The position numbers were made by a program, and so were the translations under genes. Shown piece after piece: positions 1-13,143 of a DNA stretch of 64,000 nt. The DNA lies in the NCBI RefSeq assembly GCF_037042905.1, contig NW_026974140.1:1366001-1430000 (forward strand). The letters are read 5' to 3'. The notes under the pieces were generated by a model that was not told the DNA's origin, made no database searches, and saw nothing but the letters and a program-made list of their open reading frames with translations. Every line of letters begins with the position of its first letter. Positions within the stretch are counted from its first letter, which is position 1. The DNA is from Lytechinus pictus (lineage: Eukaryota).

Positions 1-2793
1 CCATTGGTTAAATGGGTCAAATAATAAATTGGGATAGGTTACAAAGACGATTGGTGGTCACGTATGTCCAAAAGTCCACGATGGCTTAAAAATAGTATTA
101 ATTAACCGCGATGGTATTTAAAAATGAACATAGTTCATGTTTTATTCGTCAAGGGCATATGATTTTATTGCCTATATCATGGTTTCAAAGGCAGAAAATT
201 AGTTACAAGGACAGTAAGTGGTCCAGTATGTCGAAAATCTAAGAAAGCTTCCAAAATCGGAGTCTAAAATGACTGCTGTTACTTTAAGAATGGACATAAT
301 TCATTTAAAATCCATCTAGGAGATATGATTTCGGTGTCCACACTATGGTTTCATGAGTAAAATAATACGTTTGGACTGGTTACATTGATATGCAGTTGTC
401 CAGTTTGCCTAAAACACAAGAGAGTTTTTTAAAAAGGAATCTAAAACGACTCATATCATTCAATAGTGGTCAGAGTTCTACAATATTCATCTGCAAGAAA
501 TAATGTTGGTGTCCAAATTGTGGTATGAAGGGTCAAATAATACATTCGGACAAGTAACAAGGATGGTTAGTACCCCATTTTGTCAAAGAATCCATGATGG
601 ATTCTAAAATTTCATTAAAATGGGTGCTGTTACCAACTCATGAAACGATATGATTACTTGTCCCCATGCATTTAAGTGTAGGCACCAAGATTATTTCTAA
701 CAGGTAGATATTTTATGTAACAGTAGTCACTTTAGAACCCATTTTTAAAGCAAACTTGGATTTTAAGGCAAAATGGATAGCTGCATATCATGGTAACCAG
801 TCCCAAAGTATTGTTTGGCCCTTGAAACCCTAGTGTAGACACCAAAACAATATCCCCAAGGTGTATTTATAATGTTCTACATCCACTTTTAAGTAACAGC
901 AGTCATTTAAGACCCCCATTTTTAAAGCCATCTTTGATTTTTGGACATACCTGACACCTGACTGCCCTTTCAACTTAACCCAATGTATTGCTTGACCCTG
1001 TAAACTCTAGTATAGACAGCAAAACCATACCTTTAAGGTGTATTTATAATAAACTATGCATACTTTTAAACAGCAACAGTCAATTTACACCCCATTTCAA
1101 AATTAATCTTGGATTTTTTAACATACAGACAACTGACTGGTCTTTTAACTTACCCCAGTGTATTACTTGACCCTTCTAAACCATGTTTTAACACCAAACT
1201 CATATTCCCCAGACAGATATTAAACAAACTATGTCCTTATATAAGCAACATCAGACATTTTTTTACTCCATTTTTGGAAGCCATCTTGTAATTTTGGACA
1301 TACTAGACCACTGACTGCCATTGTCTTGTCCTAATATATAATTTTACCCTTGAAACCATAGTTTAGACACCGAAATCATATCTCACAGGCGGATTCAAAA
1401 CGAGCTATGCCACTTTTAAGTATCAACAGCCATTTTAGAATCAAGTTTTGAAAGCCATAATGGATTTTTGGTCATACCAGACCACTGACTGGCCTTAAAA
1501 CCTGTCCTAATGTATTATTTTGGCCCTTAAACCAGTGGTTTAGACACCAAAATCGCATCTCCCATGCCGATATGAAAGAAGCTATGTCCGTTTTAAGTAG
1601 CAGCAGTCAATTTAGAATCAATTTTTGGAAGCCAACTTAGGTTTTTTGCCCGACCATGCCACTGACTGTCCTTGTAACTTGCCCTAATGTATTAATTGAT
1701 CCTTGAAACCAGTGTTTTAGACACCAAAATCACATTTTTAGGCCGATATGAAATGAGCTTTGTCTGCTTTAAGTATCAGCAGCATATTTTTAAAACCAAT
1801 TTTTGAACGCCATCTTCGATTTTTGGACATATCAGACCATTGACTGTCCTTGTAACTTATCTTAATATATTATTTGACCCTTGAAACCAGTGGTTTAGAC
1901 ATCAAAACCAAATATCCCAGGCCAAAATTAAATGAACTATGTCCGCTTTATATATTAGAAGCCATTTCAGAATCAATTTTTAGAATCCTTTGAGGATTTT
2001 TGCACATGCCAGCCCACTGACTTTCCTTGTAACTTGTCCCAGTGTATTATTTGACCCATTTAACCCATGGTATAGACAAAAAAAAAATCATATTTCTGGA
2101 CATTGAGCAAACTATGTCGTTTTTTTTAAGTAGCAACAGCAATTTTCGACTCCATTTTTGGAAGCCATCTTGGATTTTTTAACATACTGGACCACTGACT
2201 GTCCTTGTAACTTGTCCCAATGTCTTATTTGACCATTGAAATCATGGTCTAGACACCAAATCCGTATGTCCCAGGCGGATATGAAATGAACTATGTCCAT
2301 TTTAATTATCAACAGCCATTTTAAACTCCATTTTTGGAAGCCATCTTGGATTTTTGGACACACCAGACCACTGGCTGTCCTTATAGCTTGTTTCAATGTA
2401 CCATTTCACCCTTAAAACCATTGAATAAAAACAAACTTAGATGAATTGTGGATTTTCAGTCCATGGCAGCCATTTGGGCGCCATCTTGGATTTTCCTGGT
2501 ACCCTGGAGGGCTTATAATTCTTTCTAGCCTAAATCATTTTTTGTACCACCAGACCATGGAATATGGACCGAAATAGGATTCTAAGGTGGATAATGTGTC
2601 AGTTGTATCGATTTTCAGTGAATGGCGGCCATCTTGGACGCCATCTTGAAAATAACCACTTTCCCAGATGCGGATTTTGGTAGATTTTTAGTATGTTATT
2701 CCTGAGATCAAATAATACAAAATACCGTTGAAAAATCATTTGTTGCAATTAGTTCCGGGTAAGGCTATTTTTTGTCGTATATTGACCCGTCTA
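1..2793. mobile_element. Foldback-like non-autonomous DNA element with internal ~175-bp tandem arrays in opposite orientations (left end outside the window)
   Basis: Diverged ~175-bp units (gaccactgactgtccttgtaacttgtccc...tgacccttgaaacca) repeat from ~680-2420. Their reverse complement (gggtcaaataat...gttacaaggacag) repeats in 1-600. The non-repeat tail ends ...gacccgtcta at 2793 and abuts a truncated HINE copy. Confidence 0.6.
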
Positions 2794-3852
2794 ATAGCAG
2801 CAGTGCTGACTTTGAAAACTACTATAAAATAATTATTCATAAAAAACACCATTCATATAATGATACAATACTACGTTCATTGACAATAAATGACATTTGA
2901 CCATGATCATGCGACCTAAGACTTGTCAGTGATACTTAATTACCCCTACACTGTATATCCACATTCTATAAACTATATCTGTAAACTTTGAAAGTTATGA
3001 CAGCAACCTAATCATTACCTCCAAAATGGCCAAAGTTAAATTACCTTAAATGACCTTTGACTTTGATTACTCTTATGTCTAAGTCTTATGAACTAGATCC
3101 ATACACTTTCGGAGTTATCATGGTTATTCAACAAATACCCCTAACATGGCCAAAGTCCACTGACCTTGGTCATGTGACCTGAAACTCGCACAGGATGTTC
3201 AGTGATACTTGATTACTCTTATGTCAAAATTTCATGAATCAGATCCATAAACTTTCAAATTTATGATGGTAATTCAACAGATACCCCCAACATGGCCAAA
3301 GTTCATTGACCTTTGACCTTGGTCATGTGACCTGAAACTCGCACAGGATGTTCAGTGATACTTGATTACACTTATGTCCAAGTTTCATGTAATAGATCCA
3401 TATATTTTTTTAAGTTATGATGACATTTAAAAAACTTAACCAACTTGGCCAAAGTTCATTGACCTTAAATGACCTTTTACCTTGATCATGTGACCTGAAC
3501 TTGCACAGGATGTTCAGTGATACTTGATTAATCTTATGTCCAAGTTTCATTAATCAGATCCATAAATTCTCAAAGTTATGATGGTAATTCAACAGATACC
3601 CCCAACTTGGCTAAAGTTCATTGACCCTAAATGACCTTTGACCTTGGTCATGTGACCTGAAACTCAGGCAGGATGTTCAGTAATACTTGATTAACCTTAT
3701 GGCCAAGTTTCATGAACTAGGTCCATATACTTTCTAAGTTATACTGTCATTTCAAAAACTTAACCTTCGGTTAAGATTTGATGTTGCCGCCGCCGTCGGA
3801 AAAGCTACGCCTATTGTCTCACTCGTCTCACTCTGCTTCGCAGGTGAGACAA
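2794..3852 (-). mobile_element. Helentron-associated interspersed element (HINE/DINE-1-like), one end cut by the element at 1-2793
   Basis: Has the same ~160-bp central tandem units, (gcc)n tract and gtctcac...gcaggtgagac end as the complete copies at 22349, 29492 and 31544. It starts mid-element at atagcagcagtgctg. Confidence 0.75.
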
Positions 3853-4053
3853 TAATATACAAAATTTATCAAACGATTTATAAGGACGTTTAAAAAAGCT
3901 AAGAAACAAAAATTTAAGTACAAGATATAAGTTTCATTCCCCCCCTTGAAAATTGGAATCCTTTTTTAAATAAAATGAAGTAGCCTTATATTTATAATAT
4001 AAAATTCAAACAATATGTTGAGCTTACGTATAGTGCAAAAATTATTTACTCAC

Positions 4054-4175
4054 TATAGTTTTGTCTTGAGTCGGACATATCTCTGAGCAAAGGCTTGTTT
4101 GTTGGAGAGAACATTGATAGCATCAAGAGTGTCATTGTCTAATCTCTCCTTCAATAAGCCGCTATCCAAGAATGC
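4054..4175 (-). CDS. THOC2: THO complex subunit 2, coding exon 6 (AFLDSGLLKERLDNDTLDAINVLSNKQAFAQRYVRLKTKL)
   Basis: cag acceptor and gtgagt donor; 122 nt. The peptide matches the recalled THOC2 motif LKERLDxxTL...F.Q..V..KTKL. Confidence 0.93.
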
Positions 4176-4825
4176 CTGCATGGAGAATATAGGACAAGGA
4201 TAATAAAAATGTATTAAGCAATCGCCTTTATTAACAGGATTAAACCTCCCAAGACTGTCTATAATTTCTATTTCAATCTACAAATCCACTGGGATTAGTA
4301 CAACATGTTACCATGGGCAAAAAAAAAAAAAAAAAAGAAGTTGTACTTGGTGATTAAGCATTGGAGCTCCTTAAAGGTATCTTTTGGGCTAATCCTTTTG
4401 TCAAATTCCACTTTTGTGTATTATATGACATTAGATTTACCAGTCAATATCAAAATGACCCCCTCTATCTAGTGTTTGTTACATATATTTTTGATGTATC
4501 TTAATTGTAGCTTATGAGTGGAAATCTGAATTATTTCTTTCATCTTCCCTAAATACAAAAACAGTGTAAACTGTTTCATAGAACCTTATCCAAAAGTCAC
4601 ACAGAATTTACTCTGTTTTAAAACTTGGGGGCAAACTGTTGACTCTTCCAAATATATATCTTTTAAGTTCAATTTCTTTTGTCACCTGTGCACAATAATG
4701 GGAGATCCAGGGTGCTTAAACAGGCTTGCTCAATAAGTGATGTTCCTCACCGTAATTTGCTATGCCTCCCTTAACCTAACTCTTTCCTTCATTCATTCTC
4801 TCTATATAACAATCAATTTACTTAC

Positions 4826-4896
4826 TGTACAAGCTGTCAGAAGAGAGATTAAATTTTCCTTGCATATGCCATCCTCCCTTGAAGTGGTTTCAATAT
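4826..4896 (-). CDS. THOC2: THOC2 coding exon 5 (DIETTSREDGICKENLISLLTACT)
   Basis: ttttccag acceptor and gtaagt donor; 71 nt; phase 1 to 0 fits the neighbouring exons; DIET motif. Confidence 0.9.
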
Positions 4897-5278
4897 CTGG
4901 AAAATCAAATCAATATTGAAAAGAAATATATTAAAAAGTGGAAGCTATTGCAGGATTTCAAACTGATGACAATCAATAAAATTCTGATTGGATTTTTTTT
5001 CTCACAGTCTCACTTTTTTTTAAATTTGTACTATGCTACTCAATGTACACCGAATGTTATTTGGTCAGGGGTTTAAGAGCAAGATTGGAAAAAATGAAAT
5101 AAAAGGTGTGCACGAAGCGCACAGCACAAGCACAAAGTCCCAATAGAGCGTGATCCAAAAATTTTTTTTTTTGACCAGAGTAAAATAGAGAATAAGAACA
5201 TGAATCTATTCCCTACATGTACATGGACAACATTGTACATGTATATCCTATATTAGAGATTTCTTCTGCCCAACTAAC

Positions 5279-5330
5279 CTTTAATGTTGAAGACATCCAC
5301 TAAGATAGATGGTACACCAGGATGGATATC
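5279..5330 (-). CDS. THOC2: THOC2 coding exon 4 (DIHPGVPSILVDVFNIK)
   Basis: tttgtag acceptor and gttagt donor; 52 nt. PSILxDVF matches the THOC2 N-terminus. Confidence 0.9.
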
Positions 5331-5995
5331 CTACAAATTGAACACAAACACAGGTAAGTGAGAGATGGACATAGTTAATACTAAAAGACTGGGCTATTTG
5401 AAATGTATTGATGGGGGGGGGTTCCCATGATCGCGCCCAAATTTTGCACGCACATTCTTTACCACATAAACTACAAGCATGTGTAAAAAAGAAATTTAGA
5501 AATTAATTACAAATAAAAAATAATTATTTTCATTTTTTTTTTTTTTTTGCAGGGGGTACCAAAGTAGATTTATATATCAAGTATTTATATATTAGCTTTA
5601 TTCTCATTTATAGGTATCTGAGTCTAAGACCTAATTAAATAATTAAAGCACGAAGCGCAAGCAGATTTTTTTTTTATATGCCATGAAATTTAGAGCTGAA
5701 AGTTAAACTATACATATAGGTGTAATTATGATCATGATTCGTATCTAATTATAATATTACAAATTTCAGAAATTTTTATCATTCTGACATGAAAACGGGG
5801 CATTTAATACACATTTTTAAAATAACTAAATTGATGCATACGTGAAGGGCAATCTGATTTTGTTATATCACAATCTGTTAACTGGACATTTTAATGAGGT
5901 TTTGAAATAAAGAACACTATTTATCTATTAAAAAAAAAAAAAGCCGGTACAAGCGCGAGCTGACTTTTTTTTAAATATAAATGAATCATTCTAAA

Positions 5996-6192
5996 GCGCG
6001 ATAGCTCAATCAGTAGAGAGGGGTTTCGGATTCAAAAACCAGGGTTTGATTCCCACTTGGTGCGGTAGTGCCCTTTGGTAAGGCATATAAATCCTCATTA
6101 AAGGTCTCTCGGAGAGGACCTTAAGCCATCCCCGCTCTGGTTGCTTGCTTACATACATTCATGCTTTCTTAGCAAATGAGGTTAATAAAAAT
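5996..6192 (+). mobile_element. tRNA-derived SINE
   Basis: A-box-like tagctcaatcag, B-box-like ggtttgattcc, core gtgccctttggtaaggca and an A-rich tail. Confidence 0.65.
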
Positions 6193-7623
6193 CACAACCA
6201 AACAATGAACAATATCAGATTCTAATATAAACGATTGATGTGAGCCCGAACCATGAAATGAAAATTTCAAATATAAAACCGAGCATTTTTTTAAACATGA
6301 AAAGAATGCATATCTCACAAAACAAAAATATCAGCATAAAGCGCGAGCTAAAGTTGGGAGAGACTAAGAGCTAAAAAATTGATATTCTATGCACATTTAT
6401 TCAATGGAAGGGTATTTAACTGAACAATGCGATCGCGAGGGCAAGCTAAAATTTTTGGATTTTCTAAGCTGACAAGTTGACACTTTTAAGAATGTCTTTT
6501 AACATACAGCAAGCTGTTTATCTCATTTATAAAAAAAAAATGCCAGCACGAAGCCAAGGTTGAAAATTTATTCAGCATCTTTTTGTAATCCTGAGTAGGG
6601 TGCCTATCTAGCAAAACTAATATAGAATAAAATTATTCTGAAAACGGCACATTTTCAGCCCCATGAAATCCTTTTGGGCACTACACATGACCTTTAGGCA
6701 GCAGAGGTGGCAGGGGTGTTGCGGCCAGAAATTTTGTATCTCATTGTAAGTATGTACTTTACATGTAATTACCGTAAGTAACGGTCTATTAACCGCACCT
6801 TTTTCTCGGCGGGATAGAAGCAAAAGTCGGGGGTGCGGTTTATCCACGGTGACGGGTCTGAGCCAGCCCGTCGTAACCCCTCCCGAACATGTCTGCCAGT
6901 TCACAACACATCGAGTGGCCGGGCGTGGCCGCCCAGGGCAATGTCGTTTAGAGGGGTATGAGCCGCGGGTAATGAGAAGCGATTATAACAAATGCACCCA
7001 CCTTCATGACACTAATTTCGACTTTATTCTCGGTTCAAAGTAGCAAAGTTCCCTGGCTAAGTTCAAAGAGAAGCCAAGCATACGGTACTCGGTAATATTT
7101 TGTCACAGCTGAGCTGAGCGAGCGCGAGAGTTCAGTTAGCTGAGCTAGCTTGCGTTGTATTGTGGTTACAGTGCGACTTAAGCTGACGCTATTCATTTTA
7201 ACCCTCGATCCCCTCCAAAGTCCCGTTTCGACCTGTACGTTATTCCTCAGTATTTCCACCAGACTTTAAGCTGGGATGCCAAGTATTGACAAATTTTGCT
7301 ATCCAAAGTATAAAAACTTGTTTTAGTATGTACTTAAACAAGTATTTATGTACATTATGTACAATATATTTCAATTTTTCATTCAAAATGCACACATGGT
7401 AAAATACATGTACACATTGTCTCCTTTCCGATATATAACATAAAATGAGATATCTTCCATCTTACTTGAAAATTCAATTAATACTTGTGGCATTAGGAGA
7501 TTTACCATACATTCGATGGATAAACGAATTTAAATTGAAGAATTTAAGTTATTTGTAAAAAAAATTCAAACTATTGATAGTTTTCACAAACTTTTATTTT
7601 GAGGAAATCACGGTTTTATGTTT

Positions 7624-8604
7624 CAAATTATTGTATGTCAACATCACCAGACAATATTCCTCTTCCAGTATGACATGGCATTTTCATGTTAACAGTCATG
7701 CATGGGCGGTTAAATGCTTTAAACAATAGCAATGTCAGTAAAAGAAAATTGCAAGAAATGGATCAGTCAGTGCATGGCTGGTTACAGGCATTAAACAATA
7801 GCAATGTCAGTAAAAGAAAATTGCAATATAACGATCAGTCATTCTTTCAGTTGTGAAAGGTTATGTGGCATAAATATCCATTAAATGATAAAAGCAAACT
7901 TAAAGTCAAATACCACTCTAAAAGAGAAGAGAAAGTTATCCACCTTGGATGCATCACTATTCCACTGGAATTTTAAGTCAAAGTTAGTCAATGAAAAAAT
8001 TTCAAATTTCAGTATCTTGGCATAAGCAAAAGAAAATTCAATATCTCGTTTGTCCACCCTGGCTCTGAATGAGTGCAGCACATCGACGTCGCATGCTTGT
8101 CACAAGTCGGCGAATTTGCTCTGGGGTGATTTTGTCCCATTCTTCCAGGAGATAACGCCAGACATCTTGAAGGGTGTCTCCTGGTTGAATTCTTTGATTG
8201 ACCAATTTTCCTAGCTGATCCCACAAGTGTTCAATCGGGTTCATGTCTGGTGAACAAGCGGGCCATGGATCCAAGCGCTGAACATTGTGGTCATCCAGAA
8301 ATCTTTGGACAATGTTCACTCGAAGCCCTGGGTCAACCCCCAGAAATTGTTGAATGTATGCCTACAGGATGGACATGATCATTAGCTTTTGAATTGTCCA
8401 TTTCTTGCAATTTTCTTTTACTGACATTTCTATTGTTTAAAGCATTTAACCGCCCATGCATGACTGTTAACATGAAAATGTCATGTCATACTGGAAGAGG
8501 AATATTGTCTGGTCATGTTGACATACAATAATTTGCCTTTAATCAAATATCTACATGAAATATTTTAAGTTTTCTAAGTGTCCAAGAACTTTTTTTGCCG
8601 AGTG
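7624..8604 (-). mobile_element. Internally deleted Tc1-like transposon
   Basis: ~139-bp inverted repeats at 7624-7762 and 8397-8535, a terminus ...ttttttgccgagtg followed by TA at 8605-8606, and a transposase C-terminal fragment inside. Confidence 0.8.
8038..8319 (-). pseudogene. Tc1/mariner transposase C-terminal fragment
   Basis: WPACSPDMNPIEHLW (Tc1 SPDLNPIE motif) and SMRRRCAALIQSQGGQTRY. The N-terminal DNA-binding domain and the first catalytic aspartates are missing. Confidence 0.92.
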
Positions 8605-8967
8605 TATATTTATGAGACTTATAATTTGAAACTCCAATTAAAAAGAATCGCATATCAAAGATAATCAAAATCTCTTACATATTCTGTCAAAATATCAAAA
8701 TGCGTGATTTTCAACATTCTTTCAGATGTTACGCTAAACATGACACTTTCACGCAAAAGTGCACTTAGCATCCGGCCGCACGCTATTACTGGGTATTTTA
8801 GCAAGACTTTTAGCTGAGATGCCAAGTATTAGCAAGCATTGACAAATTTTGCCGTCCAAAGTATAAAAAAATAGTTTTGGCCGGTCTACTACAAAATATG
8901 ACCATGAGAATGCTGAAATCCATGAAGAAAAAATTGATGAAATCAATCTTTGGTACTCTATACTTAC

Positions 8968-9059
8968 CACAATGGCACTGAGTGTGGACACTGCAAGATC
9001 CTGCTTCAAGTTCCCTTTTATTGTCTGATCAATCAAGTCATGAAGACCAGCAACCAAAG
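8968..9059 (-). CDS. THOC2: THOC2 coding exon 3 (ALVAGLHDLIDQTIKGNLKQDLAVSTLSAIV)
   Basis: tttcttttag acceptor and gtaagt donor; 92 nt; IKGNLK motif of THOC2. Confidence 0.92.
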
Positions 9060-9212
9060 CTAAAAGAAACAATGATTCCATAAAACAAGCCTTTATAGCC
9101 TATAAAGGTACAGAAAGAAGGAAATACAATGCTCACAATGGCAGTGTTAACTTTGAAGGCAGTTAAGAAAAATTTCAAAAGAAGAAAAATACACCTCAGA
9201 TGACGTTTGACC

Positions 9213-10016
9213 TAGCCTCTTGTCAAGGCCCTGGCGGCTGCTTCCCGGGCGAAGCAAGGGATATAATAATTTGTGAAGCGAATTCGGCCTCTTAACATCT
9301 GAGCCGAATTTCACCGACTTTCTTTTTGTTTTTTATTGTTTTTACCAATATTCTGACCAAAAATCTGTTGGTGAAAATCATCCAATGAGAGCGTGGGCTG
9401 CTATGACGTCATATTGAATTTTCACGAGCTCATCTTGAAATTGCATCAGAGGAAAATGAAGACCCATGGATTCTTGGCAAAGAGTGATGACGAAATCAAA
9501 GAGCATTGAAAATGCCTCTAAAATGCTGAAGTTTACCCATGTAAGGGCAAGTTGATGGAATCATAAAATCTGCACTGAATGGACGAGATGTTTTTGTAGA
9601 TCTACCCACAGGATATGGAAAAAGTGTAATCTTTCATGCGATTCCATTTTGTGTCGATTATCTCCAATGTGAGGGAATTCTGGAGTCGAGTTGTCCAGTT
9701 GGTGCTTCCCCTTGTGGAGCAGGCCGATCTCCCCGGAAGTTTCAGGGCAGTGATGGGTCAGTTACGGTTAGTACTAGTAGTAGTACCACTACTTGTAGCA
9801 TTCTGCTGGTTATATTCCCTATAGTGACCCGCAATGAAATGAATCCCCTGCAAAATAATGGACTATTCCGAACCCCGGTCAATTTACTAGGTGATCGTTA
9901 TTAAGCTCATTTACATTCATTCGGAAGATGCGACTCATGAATATATAATTCAGCTCAGATGTCAAGAGGCCCTGGCTCGCTCGGCAAGCAGCCACCAGGG
10001 CTTCGATAAGAGGCTA
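9213..10016 (+). mobile_element. Non-autonomous TIR element with TAG termini carrying a RecQ-like helicase relic (possibly Academ-related)
   Basis: Imperfect ~48-bp TIRs: tagcctcttgtcaaggccctggcggctgctt... versus ...aagcagccaccagggcttcgataagaggcta. No TSD is visible. Confidence 0.65.
9466..9830 (+). pseudogene. RecQ-family (SF2) helicase N-terminal fragment, frameshifted and truncated
   Basis: The frame from 9548 reads QVDGIIKSALNGRDVFVDLPTGYGKSVIFHAIPF...SILLVIFPI, i.e. motif I (LPTGYGKS, 9602-9625) and a motif Ia-like segment. It is absent from the ORF track. Confidence 0.8.
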
Positions 10017-10199
10017 CATGTACCTTTAGGGCTGGGACTAAAACCCGGGTACCCGGGTCCCCCCCGGAAGCCTCGGGTACCCGGGTAGAAAAATCAATAC
10101 CCGATTGCTCACCAGTATAACGTACATGTATTTGATTTGTATTGCGTAGTGTAAGACATGATTGTAACTCATCACAAAAGTACACATATCTTATTTTGA

Positions 10200-12525
10200 A
10201 TCTAACTAAGCTTTTTCGGTTTACCGGAATTAGTAATACCGTTCGGTATGAACGTCATAACGGTATGGATACCGCCATTATAATTTCAATACCGAAATAC
10301 CGTCATACCGAAAGTTGAAAATATCATACCAGTATTTTCTTCTGTATTGTCGTAAATGGGTATTTTTACAGTAAAATTAAGCCAAAACAATAAGTTATTT
10401 GGCTCCCTCAACGTATTAAATGAAATCAGAATCCGATAATCTAACCTCAAAATGAATACATCGCCCCTGAACTAATGTCTGAGCTCCGCTAGCCGCTGCA
10501 TAAGGCCTCGGCCCCACCGCTACGTAGGCCTACATGGGGTGCATGTCGGCTCCATGCACTTCTGCACACAGCTACAGAAAACAAACGAAGCCGATCGAGA
10601 TGGGGAGCATTTCATGAAAAAATTTTCAGTGGTTTCAACAACAGATTTGCTTTCCGCCAATCACATGCAAGGGTTTGTCATAGCTTGTAACATCCCTCTA
10701 TAAACAAACAAAATCACCAACAAAACTCTTTTTGAAACACTCCCCAGCCTGCCTTTTGACCACATGGTGTCTTCAACAAAGTATCAACCTTGGGGCGTTG
10801 ACTGACAAATCACAGGGATTAACACTTGTTTTTTCTTTATGCAAGTTTTTTTTTCTCGGACTGCTCTTAACTTGTTTCAATGGGATTTCCACTTATTTTT
10901 TTTTTTGGGGGGGGGGGAGGGAGGGGGTGATGGGCATCGACAGACAAACCACAGGGATTAAAACTTTTTTTTTTCCTTAGTGCAAGTTTTTTTTCTCGGA
11001 CTGCTCTTAACTTGTTTTAATCATGACAAGTTTACTTTTATACAGCCAGCTACAAAAGTCGTTTGACACCCCCCCAAAAAAAATAAATGCATACATAAAT
11101 ATAACAAATAATAAAAAATAAATTTAAAAAAAATGAAAAAAAATGTTAACAACAGGAAAAAAAAATTTACGCCATCCCTCTTGGTTTATTTTGAAAATGA
11201 TCTGTGAAGTGATCGTGAATGGAAGGAAGAAAATGGCTGGAATATTTGTGTGATTTGTGATGGGTGCTGTATCCTTTTTGTGCATGTGCGGTCATGAATA
11301 AAATGAAATAAACTATTGGATTGATTGTAATTTAAATTTATGATGGACTAGCTGGTGGCGTGATAAGATGATGATCAACTCAATTTTGGCATGTGTGAAA
11401 GATAGAATTGACATTATTAAAATGAAAAAAAAAAAAAGAGAGAAGAAAGAAATAGAAAAAAAAGGGGAAAGATCGAGACTCAGAGAAGAGGAGGATGTTG
11501 ATTGTTTGTTGTAAGAGAGGGGTGGTGACGGGGAGAGGATGGGCCGATGGGAAAGAGAGAGTGAGGAATTAAGGGGCTGGGGAGATTAAAGAAAAACAAA
11601 ATCAAGAAAAAAGAGTGAGAAAGAGGCGGCCGCGGGATAAGAAGTCAAGGGGAGGTTTTTACTTTTAGACAACATGTGGAGATTCACAAGAGGGAGAAAA
11701 GATGGCCTGAAGGGAGTTAGCAAAGAGGGGGGGGGGGGTTCAACACAATGGACATAAGAAAAGTTATTTACGAGACGTCAAAATTTGAGGTCAACAAACT
11801 TTGAACCTTCGACGAACACGTGTTGATGTGAGTGGTAAAAAAAGGGGCGAATCTGAATGTGAATGAGTGGGGCCAAATCGGTGAAGGGAAATCACGCAAA
11901 TCTCCTTGACTGTTTCAGCAGGGAATTTGGTGCTTGGGCATGTACACACGTTTAGCAAAGTAGCAGTGAGTAGGTGCGGTATAGCATTTGGTAACTTGAC
12001 TACATCTAATTCATTTCAGCATGGAGATAGGATTAATTGTACCACGTGCTTGCTGAGATAATTTCGCGCACGTGCACACTGCCGTCTTGGTGGGGCCGGG
12101 AGAGAGCATGATCGTATAACTTTTTGCTCAGGTCTTTAATAGTTGGGACTTGAAATACGATAATTTCTCATTTTCTAATCTCTCTTTAATAAACAAATCA
12201 TGATTATTTCCATTTGAAAATCTAAGGTTAGTGGTGACTTGCAAGGCTCAAGACAAGTCTCAACTTCGTCATATTTAAATTTTTTTAATCTATGAAAATA
12301 TGTTTGAGAAAGTAGAACGGACCATGCTGAGCATTCCTCAGCTGACCGCAAGCATCCACTCTTTATCCGAGGCCATATCAGGGCTAAACAAACATTGGAC
12401 ACTGTCTGCACAATAAATTGGGAATTTACACCGGTATTAGTCGGTATACCGGTATTGAAGCAATTAGTAATACCGGTATTGAAAATATCAATACCGAAAA
12501 AGCTTAAATCTAACCAATTACCCTA
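10200..12525. mobile_element. Degenerate hAT-like non-autonomous element with taccg/cggta subterminal repeats
   Basis: aagctttttcggt at ~10208 is inverted as accgaaaaagctt at ~12495. Both ends have clusters of taccg motifs, and the right end is ...ttaccta-like (attacccta). No TSD found. Confidence 0.45.
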
Positions 12526-13143
12526 CTTATGGGACCATGGTGAGCTTCAAAATCATCCCGCCTGTGGCTTAGTACCAGGCTTGGTCAAGGTAATCTCAAA
12601 TATGAATATGAAGGAGATCTGTATACCACATACTCCACCAAGGTTGATCACAATATGGCAAATTCTATGAAAGTTCCATCTAACAATGCCCCCCTCCTCA
12701 GGAAGTAAATAGATTGCACTCTGCAGAACTTGGGCAACAAGCTTGTATCCTAGAAAGGTGAAATGTTCAAAAGGGCAAACAAATCCCCCAAAATGCTGCC
12801 AAACATTATTTATGGTATAAGCATGATCTTCCTTTTCTTATGATAGGACACTTGATGCTGTTTCTGTGATTAAAGACAGATGTACAATGAGGCAGTTATG
12901 CCATTTTGCATATTTTAAGTTGTATACACAAGTGAATGATGCAAATGAGACAGCTGATGACTCAAAATGACTCCCACCCCCCTCCCCCCCCCCCCGTATG
13001 TTGTTCTGAAATAGCCCAGTTAAGATAGGGTAAAGGGAAAAATCAAACCTCATTTTACATTATAAGAAAAAAAAACTTCATATTTGAATGCTAGTATAGT
13101 GAGTGGGTGAAGTCATCAGTTACGTCATTTGCATACTTACCAG

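Noticed and set aside
5996..6065. Functional tRNA gene
   Set aside because: The boxes are degenerate, no convincing cloverleaf forms, and it continues into a SINE body.
8749..9081. 110-aa ORF as a standalone gene
   Set aside because: Only 8968-9059 is coding (THOC2 exon 3); the rest is intron.
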